From positions 1 through 55,811 of the forward strand of contig DASVAM010000291.1 of the NCBI GenBank assembly GCA_036376375.1: a stretch of DNA of 55,811 nt, read 5' to 3'. Positions 10,716-19,562 of the stretch are shown here, in pieces. Positions within the stretch are counted from its first letter, which is position 1. The number at the start of each line of letters is the position of its first letter. Position numbers and translations under genes: made by a program. Below the pieces are notes generated by a model, which was given only the letters and a program-made list of their open reading frames with translations, had not been told where the DNA came from and ran no database searches. Source of the DNA: Chitinophagaceae bacterium (GTDB lineage: Bacteria; Bacteroidota; Bacteroidia; Chitinophagales; Chitinophagaceae).

Positions 10716-11366
10716 ATGAACAGATTTAAAAAATTAATTAGTGTGGCTACTTTACTTATAATGCAACCTATGGTTGCTCAACAACAGACTATTGATACTG
10801 CTCTTGAAAATAAAGCTGCAGACTGGGTGAGTTCATTGAAATTAAATAATAATGCAAAAGTACAGAGAGTGAGAACCGCGATCGCCACCCATCTTACAGA
10901 AGTAAAGGAATGGCATAACAGTCATCCATACACAATGATACCGGAAGGGATAAATCCAACAACCGGGGGCAAGCTTTCAGAAATGGACAGGCAAATAATA
11001 ATTTGTTCTGCCAAGCCACGATCTATTCATGACAACCTGATGAATGTCTTGAAAACTGAGCTGGACTCAACGCAGGTCGAAGCAATTCTTGATAAGTACA
11101 CAATCGGCAAAGTTGATTTCACGCTAAAAGGGTATAAGGCGATTGTGCCCGACCTTACCGCAAAAGAAGAAACAGAGATCCTGAAGAACTTAAAACAAGC
11201 AAGGGAACAGGCAATAGATTACAAGAACATGAAAGAGATATCCGCCATATTTGAGATCTATAAGACCAAATGCGAGCAGTACCTGAATAACAATGGCCGT
11301 AACTGGCGTCAACTATACAAAGCTTATGTTGATCAAGTAAATGCAGAAAAGAAAGCTCAAAAATAA
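10716..11366 (+). CDS. DUF3826-like secreted protein (accessory protein common in rhamnose/pectin loci)
   Basis: 216 aa. Signal peptide '...MQPMVAQQ'. Helical Lys/Glu-rich protein resembling DUF3826. Sits between the GH78 and the sialidase-fold gene. Confidence 0.55.
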   Translation: MNRFKKLISVATLLIMQPMVAQQQTIDTALENKAADWVSSLKLNNNAKVQRVRTAIATHLTEVKEWHNSHPYTMIPEGINPTTGGKLSEMDRQIIICSAKPRSIHDNLMNVLKTELDSTQVEAILDKYTIGKVDFTLKGYKAIVPDLTAKEETEILKNLKQAREQAIDYKNMKEISAIFEIYKTKCEQYLNNNGRNWRQLYKAYVDQVNAEKKAQK

Positions 11367-11379
11367 AACTAGTCAGACA

Positions 11380-12501
11380 ATGAAGACCAGGAACGCACTA
11401 CTTATAGCTTTAATTTTTTTATCGGGTGGTGATCTGTTGGCTCAGAAAAATAAATGGAAGAAAGGAATCCTTGTTGATGATTTCATCTATACGGAAGCTT
11501 CCTTTCCGGAGGCTCATGCTGCAACCATAGCTGAAACGCCTGACGGATTGATCGCTGCATGGTTTGGTGGTACCAAAGAAGGGAATAAAGATGTGTGCAT
11601 CTGGATAAGTAAACTTGTAGATAAAAAATGGACGGCTCCCGAAAAAATTGCTGAAGGGAATATCAATGACACATTACGATTTGCCTGTTATAATCCTGTT
11701 TTGTTTTATGCGCCCAATAAGGAATTGTTATTGTTTTATAAGATCGGTCCAAACGTCGCAGGTTGGACAGGCTGGATGATGCGAAGCAAAGACAATGGAA
11801 AAACCTGGAGCAAAAGAGAAGCATTACCTGGCGGTTTTTTAGGACCGATCAAAAACAAGCCTGTAATGTTGAATGGAGTATTACTTTGTCCCAGCAGTAC
11901 GGAGAAAGACGGATGGAAAGCGCATATTGAATATACAAGTGACTATGGAAAAACATGGACAAAAACTGAAGCGATCAATGATCCTAAGATCATCCAGGCA
12001 ATTCAGCCGAGCATTTTGCAATACAACGATGGTAGCCTCCAGATCTTATGCAGGAGTCGTAACACAACTCTCAATGAAAGTTGGAGTAACGATGGCGGTA
12101 AAACATGGAGCGAAATGAAAGCATCTGCTTTGCCCAATAACAATTCAGGAACAGACGCGGTGACTTTGAAAGACGGCCGTCAACTCCTGGTGTATAACCA
12201 TCTGTTGCCAGATTCCACATGGGTAAATGGTAAAGGCCCCCGAACACCATTAAATGTAGCGGTAAGCAGGGATGGAAAAAACTGGGATGCTGTTTTAGTA
12301 GTGGAAGATTCACCAATCAGTCAATATTCTTATCCTTCAGTGATTCAGTCAGCGGACGGCATGGTGCATATTGTTTATACATGGAGAAGACAAAGAATCA
12401 AATATGTAAAGATCGATCCAAAAAAATTGAAAGGTGAACGGATCATTAATAAACAATGGCCGGGAGGACAACGGAAAGGAGGAAAAACTACCGATGACTA
12501 A
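11380..12501 (+). CDS. Asp-box (BNR) sialidase-fold glycosidase, secreted; candidate keto-deoxy-acid (Kdo/Dha-type) hydrolase
   Basis: Four Asp-boxes: 'SKDNGKTWS', 'SDYGKTWT', 'SNDGGKTWS', 'SRDGKNWD'. Signal peptide 'MKTRNALLIALIFLSGGDLLAQ'. No obvious 'RIP' motif. The ATG at 11380 is preferred over 11341, which overlaps the upstream gene. Confidence 0.8.
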   Translation: MKTRNALLIALIFLSGGDLLAQKNKWKKGILVDDFIYTEASFPEAHAATIAETPDGLIAAWFGGTKEGNKDVCIWISKLVDKKWTAPEKIAEGNINDTLRFACYNPVLFYAPNKELLLFYKIGPNVAGWTGWMMRSKDNGKTWSKREALPGGFLGPIKNKPVMLNGVLLCPSSTEKDGWKAHIEYTSDYGKTWTKTEAINDPKIIQAIQPSILQYNDGSLQILCRSRNTTLNESWSNDGGKTWSEMKASALPNNNSGTDAVTLKDGRQLLVYNHLLPDSTWVNGKGPRTPLNVAVSRDGKNWDAVLVVEDSPISQYSYPSVIQSADGMVHIVYTWRRQRIKYVKIDPKKLKGERIINKQWPGGQRKGGKTTDD

Positions 12502-12528
12502 GAATGATGAGTGATGAATAATGACGTG

Positions 12529-12548
12529 CTCCGGGCTATAGCCCGGAG
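12529..12548 (+). terminator. Perfect 8-bp GC-rich hairpin 28 nt after the sialidase-fold gene stop (possible terminator/processing site)
   Basis: 'ctccgggc tata gcccggag'. No U-tract follows, so function is uncertain. Confidence 0.3.
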
Positions 12549-12560
12549 AGAAAGATCAAT

Positions 12561-12678
12561 CATCCTTCGTTTCCTTCAGGATAACAAAAGGTCAGGGTTA
12601 AAAGTTGAATAGCGAACAGAAAGTACAAGAGTGCGACGCAACGGACGATTATGGTAGAACCAAAGCCGGGTACATAAG
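12561..12678 (+). repeat. Intergenic repeat module, copy A (short form lacking a 41-nt internal segment)
   Basis: '...ccttcaggataacaaaag...gaatagcgaacagaaagtacaagagtgcgac|gcaacggacgattatggtag...gggtacataag' aligns with 38616-38768 (+) and the reverse complement of 21130-21239. Confidence 0.7.
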
Positions 12679-12695
12679 AAATATTTATTGCATCA

Positions 12696-14189
12696 ATGAA
12701 GAATTTGCCGTTATTTGATATTGCCATTATAATTGTTTACCTGCTGGCAATGTTGGCTGTTGGTTTCTATTTTGCAAAACGAAATAAGAACAGCGTTCAA
12801 TTCACAAGCGCATCAGGAAAAATTCCCGGATGGGCGATAGGCTTATCGATCTACGCAACTTTTTTAAGCAGCAATACTTTTTTAGGTGTGCCCGGCAAAG
12901 CATTCGGCGGCAACTGGAATGCATTTGTATTTTCTATTTCCATGCCACTGGCAGCATGGGTCGCCTCAAAATATTTTGTGCCATTTTACAGGAGCACAGG
13001 AGAGATATCAGCGTACACACATTTGGAGAAAAGATTTGGTACATGGGCAAGAACCTATGCGGTGATCTGTTTTTTATTGACACAGTTTGCAAGAATGGGC
13101 ACCATCTTCTTCGGAATTGCATTAAGTCTGCAGGCATTGACAGGTTTTTCAATGGCATCCATCATGATCGTGATGGGAATTTGTATCATTATCTATACTG
13201 TTCTTGGAGGAATGGAAGCTGTGATCTGGACAGAAGTCGCACAAGGGGTGATCAAGACATTGGGTGCCTTGTTGATCTTATTCTTAGTGATCAAGGAGAT
13301 CCCGGGAGGTTTTTCTAAAGTGATCGATCTAGCAATGGCTAATGATAAATTAAGCCTCGGAAGTTATTCATTGGATTTTACTGAATCAACTTTCTGGGTG
13401 ATCCTGTTGTATGGTTTCTTTATTAACCTGAATAATTTCGGAATGGATCAGAATTATATTCAACGTTATCATACGGCGTCATCACCAAAACAGGCAAGTA
13501 AATCTGTTTGGTTATGCGTGGCAATGTATGTTCCGGCGTCATTATTGTTTTTTATTATCGGAACTTCTTTGTATGCATTTTATAATGTACACCCGGAATG
13601 GATCGATCCTGCAATATTAAAAGCCCCTGACCAGGTGCTGCCGCATTTCATGGTTACAAAAGTTCCGACTGGCCTGGTTGGTTTGATCGTGTCAGCTTTA
13701 TTATCCGCCGCAATGAGTACGATCAGTTCAAATATGAATGCCTCGGCGACTGTTTTTACAATGGATATTTATAAAAAATATTTCAAACCGGGGATTAATG
13801 ACAAACAACAACTATACATTCTTCATGCAGCAACCGTTGTATTCGGTTTGATCGGGCTCGGAACAGGTCTTGCAATGATCGGTGCAAAAAGCTTACTGGA
13901 TATTTGGTGGGAGCTATCGGGAATCTTTGCAGGAGGTATGCTTGGACTTTTCCTCCTTGGGTTAATAAGTCGTCAAACCAAAAACGCGGAGGCATTGACG
14001 GCAACGATCATCGGCGTCATCGTTATTTTATGGATGACTTTTTCTGATCGTTTAAGTGGTGAATATGCATTTTTGAAAAGCCCGCTACATAAGAATATGA
14101 TCATTGTAGTTGGGACATTGTCGATCTTCCTGGCAGGAGTGGCTCTGACAAAACTCAAGACAAGAAAACCCGTGCCGTTAGAGGTCTGA
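12696..14189 (+). CDS. Sodium:solute symporter (SSS family), paralogue 1
   Basis: 497 aa with about 13 TM segments. 'GWAIGLSIYATFLSSNTFLGVPG' and 'YTHLEKRFG' are typical SSS motifs. Clear paralogue of 19563-21113. Confidence 0.85.
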   Translation: MKNLPLFDIAIIIVYLLAMLAVGFYFAKRNKNSVQFTSASGKIPGWAIGLSIYATFLSSNTFLGVPGKAFGGNWNAFVFSISMPLAAWVASKYFVPFYRSTGEISAYTHLEKRFGTWARTYAVICFLLTQFARMGTIFFGIALSLQALTGFSMASIMIVMGICIIIYTVLGGMEAVIWTEVAQGVIKTLGALLILFLVIKEIPGGFSKVIDLAMANDKLSLGSYSLDFTESTFWVILLYGFFINLNNFGMDQNYIQRYHTASSPKQASKSVWLCVAMYVPASLLFFIIGTSLYAFYNVHPEWIDPAILKAPDQVLPHFMVTKVPTGLVGLIVSALLSAAMSTISSNMNASATVFTMDIYKKYFKPGINDKQQLYILHAATVVFGLIGLGTGLAMIGAKSLLDIWWELSGIFAGGMLGLFLLGLISRQTKNAEALTATIIGVIVILWMTFSDRLSGEYAFLKSPLHKNMIIVVGTLSIFLAGVALTKLKTRKPVPLEV

Positions 14190-14281
14190 AACAGTAAAAT
14201 TGTACAGGATTACAGGCAAAACCTGCATTGTTGACCCTATGTAAAAACCTGAAATTTATACCTTCAAATTAGTCTGTTTTT

Positions 14282-15259
14282 ATGTCCGATAAGAAGTTTG
14301 TGCCGGTTATGATCACTCCTTTCAATCTTAAAGCAAAGGTTGACCTGGATGTGGTGAGTTTGCTTGTTGATTTTTACCTGGCAGCAGGTGTCAAAGGTTT
14401 CTTTGCAAACTGTCTTAGCAGTGAGATGTTCAGCATTACAGAAGATGAGCGGCTGGAACTGACTCAGCACATTGTTCAATATGTAAATGGTCGTGTGCCG
14501 ATCGTTGCAACAGGATCATTTGGGTTAACGATTGAGGATAAAGCCGAGTTCACAAAAAAAATTTATGATACAGGCATTGATGCGGCGATCATGATCACCG
14601 GGCATTTTGCCAAAGTGGACGAGAGGGATGATGTATTGATCGACAATTTTGATAAAATGTTTGGCTTGACGGGTCGTATTCCACTTGGGATGTATGAGTG
14701 TCCTGCGCCATATAAAAGAATTATTTCAGAAGATGTATTCAGGGAATTGCTTTCCGCAAATAGAATGGTCTATCATAAAGACACATCAATCGATCCCCAA
14801 AAAGTAAAAGCCAAGCTTGAAATCCTTAAAGAAACTGGTAATGAACTTGAATTTTATGATGCGCATACTCCTAATGCACATTTCAGTTTATTGAACGGAG
14901 CAAAAGGCATGTCATCTATTTCAGGAAATTTTTATCCGGAAATTATGGTTTGGATGACAGAAAATGCAACTGATCCGGCAAAGCAGGAGGAGGTTGCTTG
15001 GCTGCAGGCTGAGTTAACGAAGGTTGATCCGCTGATCCATATCGCTTACCCGATGAGCGCAAAGTATTTTTTACAGAAAAGGGGGTTGCCTGTAAGGACT
15101 ATCAGCCGTGCAACTGCATTTCAACTGACCCCTGAACAGAGAGAAACGCTGGACAGAATTCATGACAGTTTTTTAGGATGGTGTGAACGCCTCGATATTA
15201 AACCAGTGACAGTTGAAAAACTTACCTCCCACAATAAAGATTATTACCTGGTGAAATGA
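14282..15259 (+). CDS. DapA/NanA-family class I (pyruvate-dependent) aldolase, divergent member
   Basis: 325 aa. 'PVMITPF', 'GMYECPAPY' (equivalent of the YNxP motif) and 'MVYHKDTS' (Schiff-base Lys context). The usual GTTGE motif is replaced by 'NCLSSEMF'. Confidence 0.7.
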   Translation: MSDKKFVPVMITPFNLKAKVDLDVVSLLVDFYLAAGVKGFFANCLSSEMFSITEDERLELTQHIVQYVNGRVPIVATGSFGLTIEDKAEFTKKIYDTGIDAAIMITGHFAKVDERDDVLIDNFDKMFGLTGRIPLGMYECPAPYKRIISEDVFRELLSANRMVYHKDTSIDPQKVKAKLEILKETGNELEFYDAHTPNAHFSLLNGAKGMSSISGNFYPEIMVWMTENATDPAKQEEVAWLQAELTKVDPLIHIAYPMSAKYFLQKRGLPVRTISRATAFQLTPEQRETLDRIHDSFLGWCERLDIKPVTVEKLTSHNKDYYLVK

Positions 15260-15277
15260 ACTTAATGAAGAACAACG

Positions 15278-16429
15278 ATGCCTGACAATCCACTCAAAAT
15301 ATTTTTCCCGGGTAAGCTCGTGTTTGGTAATGGGACCCTGGCTCAATTACCGGATGATATCCTCCAATTAGAACCTAAAAGAGTCTTTATTGCCACGATT
15401 GAGCCGTTAAGATCAGCGATTAGTGAATTTGTAAGTACACTTGAAAGAAACTCGATTGAAGTTTTACTAGATACTTCTATTGTTGCCGAGCCGTCATTTA
15501 GAGATTTTGAAAAATTGATGAAGAAGGTAACTCCATTCGATCCCGATATTATAATTGGCATTGGTGGCGGAAGTGTGCTGGATATTTCAAAGCTTGTGGC
15601 TGCTCAACTGGATAATCAACAAGAGTTAAAAGATTATGTCGGGATTGCTCTATTAAAAAACAGAAAGAAAAAGCTGATCTGTGTTCCGGCAACTTCAGGA
15701 ACTGGAAGCGAAGTTTCTCCCAATGCAATTCTTGTTGACGATTCCGATAACCAGAAGAAGGGTATCATCAGTTCATGGCTCGTTCCCGACATTGTTTACG
15801 TTGACCCTTTACTCACTATATCCGTTCCTCCATTAATTACTGCAACAACAGGATTGGACGCTTTGACCCATTGTCTTGAAGCATATACAAACAAATTTTC
15901 CCAACCATTGATTGATGTCTATGCGTTGGAAGGAATGCGGTTGATCGCTGCCAATATCGTTACGGCAGTGATTGATGGAAGCAATAGGGGGGCACGGGAA
16001 AAAGTTGCAATGGGAAGTTTGCTTGGTGGCTTTTGTTTGGGACCTGTAAATACAGCAGGTGTGCATGCACTTTCATATCCATTGGGCAGCATGTTTCATT
16101 TGGCACATGGATTATCAAATGCTTTATTGTTGCCTAATGTAATGGAATATAATATTCCTGCAGCAACGAAAAAATATGCCGACGTCGCTATAGCCTTAGG
16201 ATGTGAAAGACAAACAGATGATAAAGCAACGGCCTGTGCCGGAGTAAAAAAGTTAAAAGAGTTGATAGGGGCATGTGGTATTCCTGCAACATTGAAAGAA
16301 GTGAATGTGCCCGAATCGGCTATTCCGCAAATAGCCGCCGATGCAATGAAGATCCAACGACTTTTGAAGAATAACCCAAGAGAAATAACAGAAAAAGACG
16401 CGATCGAAATTTATAAAGCTGCCTATTGA
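15278..16429 (+). CDS. Iron-containing (group III) alcohol dehydrogenase, lactaldehyde-reductase-like
   Basis: 383 aa. 'IIGIGGGSVLDISK' NAD-binding motif. Metal-ligand His contexts 'LDALTHCLEAY' and 'GVHALSYPLG...HLAHG'. Confidence 0.85.
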   Translation: MPDNPLKIFFPGKLVFGNGTLAQLPDDILQLEPKRVFIATIEPLRSAISEFVSTLERNSIEVLLDTSIVAEPSFRDFEKLMKKVTPFDPDIIIGIGGGSVLDISKLVAAQLDNQQELKDYVGIALLKNRKKKLICVPATSGTGSEVSPNAILVDDSDNQKKGIISSWLVPDIVYVDPLLTISVPPLITATTGLDALTHCLEAYTNKFSQPLIDVYALEGMRLIAANIVTAVIDGSNRGAREKVAMGSLLGGFCLGPVNTAGVHALSYPLGSMFHLAHGLSNALLLPNVMEYNIPAATKKYADVAIALGCERQTDDKATACAGVKKLKELIGACGIPATLKEVNVPESAIPQIAADAMKIQRLLKNNPREITEKDAIEIYKAAY

Positions 16430-17271
16430 TGAGTGCAAAGAAAAAATATGTTGGGGTGATTGTTCCTGCCGTAACACCACTTACGGAAAAACTCAGGCTG
16501 GATGAGAAGGCTGTACAAAGATTATTTTCCTCATTTTACAAATACAATATTGCACCATTCATTTTAGGCACGACCGGTGAAGCACCCTCTTTGCCCATAC
16601 AGGTGAAAAAAGAGTATGTGCTGGCGGCTGAGAAGAATAAGAAAATGGGCACAAAACTTTATGCAGGCATCAGCTCAAATGTATTGGCAGAAAGTGTTGA
16701 GTTTGCTGCTTTTTGCGCACTCCACGCAGTGGATGTAGTTGTGGCGACAGTGCCATCCTATTATGCGCTTTCTGAAAAGCAGATGTTCAATTATTTTCTT
16801 GCGCTGGCAAATAACATTTCATTGCCATTGTTTATTTATAATATCCCTGCCACCACGCATATGAGTATTCCGTTGCCCGTGATCGATGAGCTGAGTAAGC
16901 ACAAAAACATTGTGGGAATAAAAGACAGTGAACGAAGTGAAGAAAGAATGCTTGAATCGCTCCGGCTATGGAAAGAAAGGAAAGACTTTCATTATGTACT
17001 TGGCTGGGCGGCGAAAAGCGCCGATGCATTATTAAATGGTGCCGATGGGTTGGTGCCAAGTACGGGTAACCTTTTTCCCGGGGTTTATGCCAACATGATA
17101 AGTGCATTTGAGAAGAATGATAAAGAAAAGATGTACCAAATGCAGCAATTGAGTGACGATTACGGTGCATTATACCAGGCTAACCGAACCCTGGGCGAAA
17201 GCCTGCATGCGTTAAAGCTATTAATGAAAGAAAAAGAAATATGCGAAGAGTTTGTAATGCCGCCATTATAA
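16429..17271 (+). CDS. DapA/NanA-family class I aldolase, short form
   Basis: 'GTTGEAPSL', 'LFIYNIPATT', 'IVGIKDSERS' (catalytic Lys). The ATG at 16429 overlaps the ADH stop (TGATG). A TTG at 16426 is also possible. Confidence 0.8.
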   Translation: MSAKKKYVGVIVPAVTPLTEKLRLDEKAVQRLFSSFYKYNIAPFILGTTGEAPSLPIQVKKEYVLAAEKNKKMGTKLYAGISSNVLAESVEFAAFCALHAVDVVVATVPSYYALSEKQMFNYFLALANNISLPLFIYNIPATTHMSIPLPVIDELSKHKNIVGIKDSERSEERMLESLRLWKERKDFHYVLGWAAKSADALLNGADGLVPSTGNLFPGVYANMISAFEKNDKEKMYQMQQLSDDYGALYQANRTLGESLHALKLLMKEKEICEEFVMPPL

Positions 17272-17287
17272 TGATGAATGATAACTC

Positions 17288-18319
17288 ATGAGTGAAAAGA
17301 AACCGATCATAGCGATAACAATGGGCGATCCGGCTGGTATCGGGCCGGAAATTGCGGTAAAAGCGCTGTTGCAAAATAATATTCATGATATATGCAGACC
17401 ATTGATCGTCGGCGACGCAATTGTCTTCGAACAGATCATTGGTCTTTTAAAATTACCTGCGAAAGTCAATTCCATCAATTCAATTGCAGATGCAAAATTT
17501 GAGTGGGGAACAATTGATGTGTTTGATCTGAACATAACTGACATTAAAAAATTGCAATTCGGAGAGATCGATGCCATGTGCGGGGAAGCAAGTTTCCAGG
17601 CAGTGAAGAAGGCGATCGAATTCGCAATGACCAACGAGGTGGATGGAACGGTAACCGGCCCGATCAATAAAAAATCGATCAACGAGGCAGGACATCATTT
17701 TGCGGGGCACACAGAGATATATGCTCACTATACCGGCACAAAAAAATATGCTATGCTGTTGGTAGAAGATAAGATCAATGTCATTCATGTAAGTACACAT
17801 GTATCCTTACGACAAGCAGTCGATTTAGTAAAAAAGGGAAGAATTGTGCAAGTGATCGAATTGATGGTTGATGGATTGAAACGATTAGGTAAAACAAATT
17901 TGAAAATAGGAGTAGCAGGATTAAATCCACATGCCGGTGATAGTGGATTATTTGGAACAGAAGATGATCAGGAAATTTTACCTGCTGTGCAGGAAGCATT
18001 GAAAATGGGATATGATGTTGAAGGCCCTGTTCCACCTGACACCATGTTCGCTAAAGCAGCAATGGGTGCTTATGGCGGAGTCGTCGCAATGTATCATGAC
18101 CAGGGACATATTCCTTTTAAACTTGCCGGCTTTAAATGGAATGCACAGAAACAACAAATGGATAGTGTGAAAGGAGTGAACATCACTATGGGTTTACCGA
18201 TCATCCGTACATCAGTTGATCATGGAACTGCATTTGAAATTGCAGGCAAAGGGGTTGCAAGTGCCGATGCGATGGTGTTGGCGATTGAAAGCGCAGTTCA
18301 ATTAAGCAAAAATCAATAA
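17288..18319 (+). CDS. PdxA-family NAD-dependent decarboxylating dehydrogenase (PdxA2-like, 4-phospho-tetronate dehydrogenase type)
   Basis: 'IAITMGDPAGIGPEI', 'NPHAGDSGLFG', 'YHDQGHIPFK', 'IRTSVDHGTAF'. Adjacent to a DUF1537 kinase, the known PdxA2 context. Confidence 0.85.
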   Translation: MSEKKPIIAITMGDPAGIGPEIAVKALLQNNIHDICRPLIVGDAIVFEQIIGLLKLPAKVNSINSIADAKFEWGTIDVFDLNITDIKKLQFGEIDAMCGEASFQAVKKAIEFAMTNEVDGTVTGPINKKSINEAGHHFAGHTEIYAHYTGTKKYAMLLVEDKINVIHVSTHVSLRQAVDLVKKGRIVQVIELMVDGLKRLGKTNLKIGVAGLNPHAGDSGLFGTEDDQEILPAVQEALKMGYDVEGPVPPDTMFAKAAMGAYGGVVAMYHDQGHIPFKLAGFKWNAQKQQMDSVKGVNITMGLPIIRTSVDHGTAFEIAGKGVASADAMVLAIESAVQLSKNQ

Positions 18320-18376
18320 TGAGTAATGAATGATGAGTAAAAGGCAGAACTCATCACTCATTACTGATCACTCATT
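18318..18376. repeat. Intercistronic long hairpin ('aatgagt/actcatt' repeat family) filling the gap between the pdxA-like gene and the kinase
   Basis: Left arm 'aatgagtaatgaatgatgagt', loop 'aaaaggcaga', right arm 'actcatcactcattactgatcactcatt'. Single-arm relatives at 12502-12527 and 17268-17295. Confidence 0.6.
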
Positions 18377-18379
18377 TTT

Positions 18380-19477
18380 ATGATCGCAGTAATAGCAGAC
18401 GACTTTACAGGAGCAGCAGAGTTGGCAGGCATCAGCCTGCGATATGGCTTGACCGTAACTGTCTGCCTGCACGATGAAATAACTACAGATACGGATGTGC
18501 TGATCATTTCAACAGACAGCAGGTCTTTGAAAAAAAAGGAAGCTTTAAAAGTTACGGCCAATGCGGTTCGCAAAGCAGTGGAGTTAAAACCGGATCTTAT
18601 TTATAAAAAAATTGATTCGGTTCTGCGTGGCTATGTGATCGATGAGCTGAAAGTTCAAATGGAGTTATGCGGCCTTCAGCGAGCATTTATCATGCCGGCT
18701 AATCCATCATTGGGAAGGACGATTATTGCCGGTAAGTATTTTGTCGATGGCAAACAAGTCAATGAAACAGGATTCGTGGCCGACCCTGAATTCCCGGTTG
18801 TTAACTCTTCTGTCAAAAAGATATTGAATGACGATTCAGTGAAAGTACTGAAGCATACGGAATTCTTACCTGCAAATGGTACTGCGGTTGGTGAAGCAAA
18901 AGATGAAAACGATATCAATGAATGGGCCAGGAAATTGGACGCCGGCTGGGTATTGGCAGGCGCCGGTGATTTTTATAATGCGTTGCTGAGTAGAAGGTAC
19001 AAGCAACAAATGGCACACGGGGTTCACCTGTTGAAACCGCATTTGTATGTATCCGGCACCTCATTCAGGGAACGAAAAGAATTTATAAAAGAGATCGCTA
19101 AAGAATTGAATTGTGTTTCGTATATGGAGGGAGAAGTTGATCGTGCATGGATAGACAAAACTGCAGCCATGATCAAAAAAAATGAGAAAGCTGTTATTGC
19201 CATCACCGAATCGGCGACTTCCGCTTTATCACTAAGAACTGTTATGGCCAAAGCTGTACGAGAGATCCTGCAAAGAAAAACTGTCAAAGAATTATTTATT
19301 GAAGGAGGCTCAACAGCAGCGGCTATTTTACGTGAATTGGATATAAAAAAACTTTCGCCGGTAGATGAATTGCAAAGAGGAGTGGTAAGAATGAAAGTGA
19401 ATGATCTGTTTATAACAGTAAAACCCGGTAGCTATAAGGTACCGGAATTGATACGGGAATTGTATTTATCAGAATAA
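18380..19477 (+). CDS. Four-carbon acid-sugar kinase (DUF1537 family), copy 1
   Basis: N-terminal 'MIAVIADDFTGAAE' motif, 365 aa with two domains. Immediately downstream of the PdxA2-like gene. Confidence 0.8.
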   Translation: MIAVIADDFTGAAELAGISLRYGLTVTVCLHDEITTDTDVLIISTDSRSLKKKEALKVTANAVRKAVELKPDLIYKKIDSVLRGYVIDELKVQMELCGLQRAFIMPANPSLGRTIIAGKYFVDGKQVNETGFVADPEFPVVNSSVKKILNDDSVKVLKHTEFLPANGTAVGEAKDENDINEWARKLDAGWVLAGAGDFYNALLSRRYKQQMAHGVHLLKPHLYVSGTSFRERKEFIKEIAKELNCVSYMEGEVDRAWIDKTAAMIKKNEKAVIAITESATSALSLRTVMAKAVREILQRKTVKELFIEGGSTAAAILRELDIKKLSPVDELQRGVVRMKVNDLFITVKPGSYKVPELIRELYLSE

Positions 19478-19508
19478 TTTAACCGATCCTCTGAGCCGCT
19501 GCGAATCA

Positions 19509-19553
19509 AGGGGCTTAAGCCCCTCTTCTTTGGAGAGGGGTGGGAGGTGAGGT
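19509..19553 (+). repeat. 'GGAGAGGGG..GGGAGGTGAGGT' G-rich element, copy a, ending 9 nt before the ATG
   Basis: 'ggggcttaagcccc' is a perfect palindrome (19510-19523) overlapping the hairpin 'cccctct..agagggg', followed by 'tgggaggtgaggt'. Homologous elements at 35879-35911 and 39467-39497. Confidence 0.7.
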
Positions 19554-19562
19554 TTATAAATT

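Noticed and set aside
11380-12501. Asp-box protein as a host-mucin Neu5Ac sialidase
   Set aside because: There are no nanK/nanE/GlcNAc-6-P genes and no clear RIP motif. The surrounding enzymes are plant-type (rhamnosidases, GH127). A keto-deoxy-acid hydrolase of the sialidase fold is more consistent, but specificity cannot be read from the sequence.
14282-18319. DapA and PdxA homologues as lysine (dihydrodipicolinate synthase) and vitamin B6 (4-hydroxythreonine-4-phosphate dehydrogenase) biosynthesis genes
   Set aside because: Two DapA-like genes sit next to an Fe-ADH, symporters and a DUF1537 kinase. No dapB or pdxJ context is present. A PdxA next to DUF1537 is the known catabolic PdxA2 arrangement.
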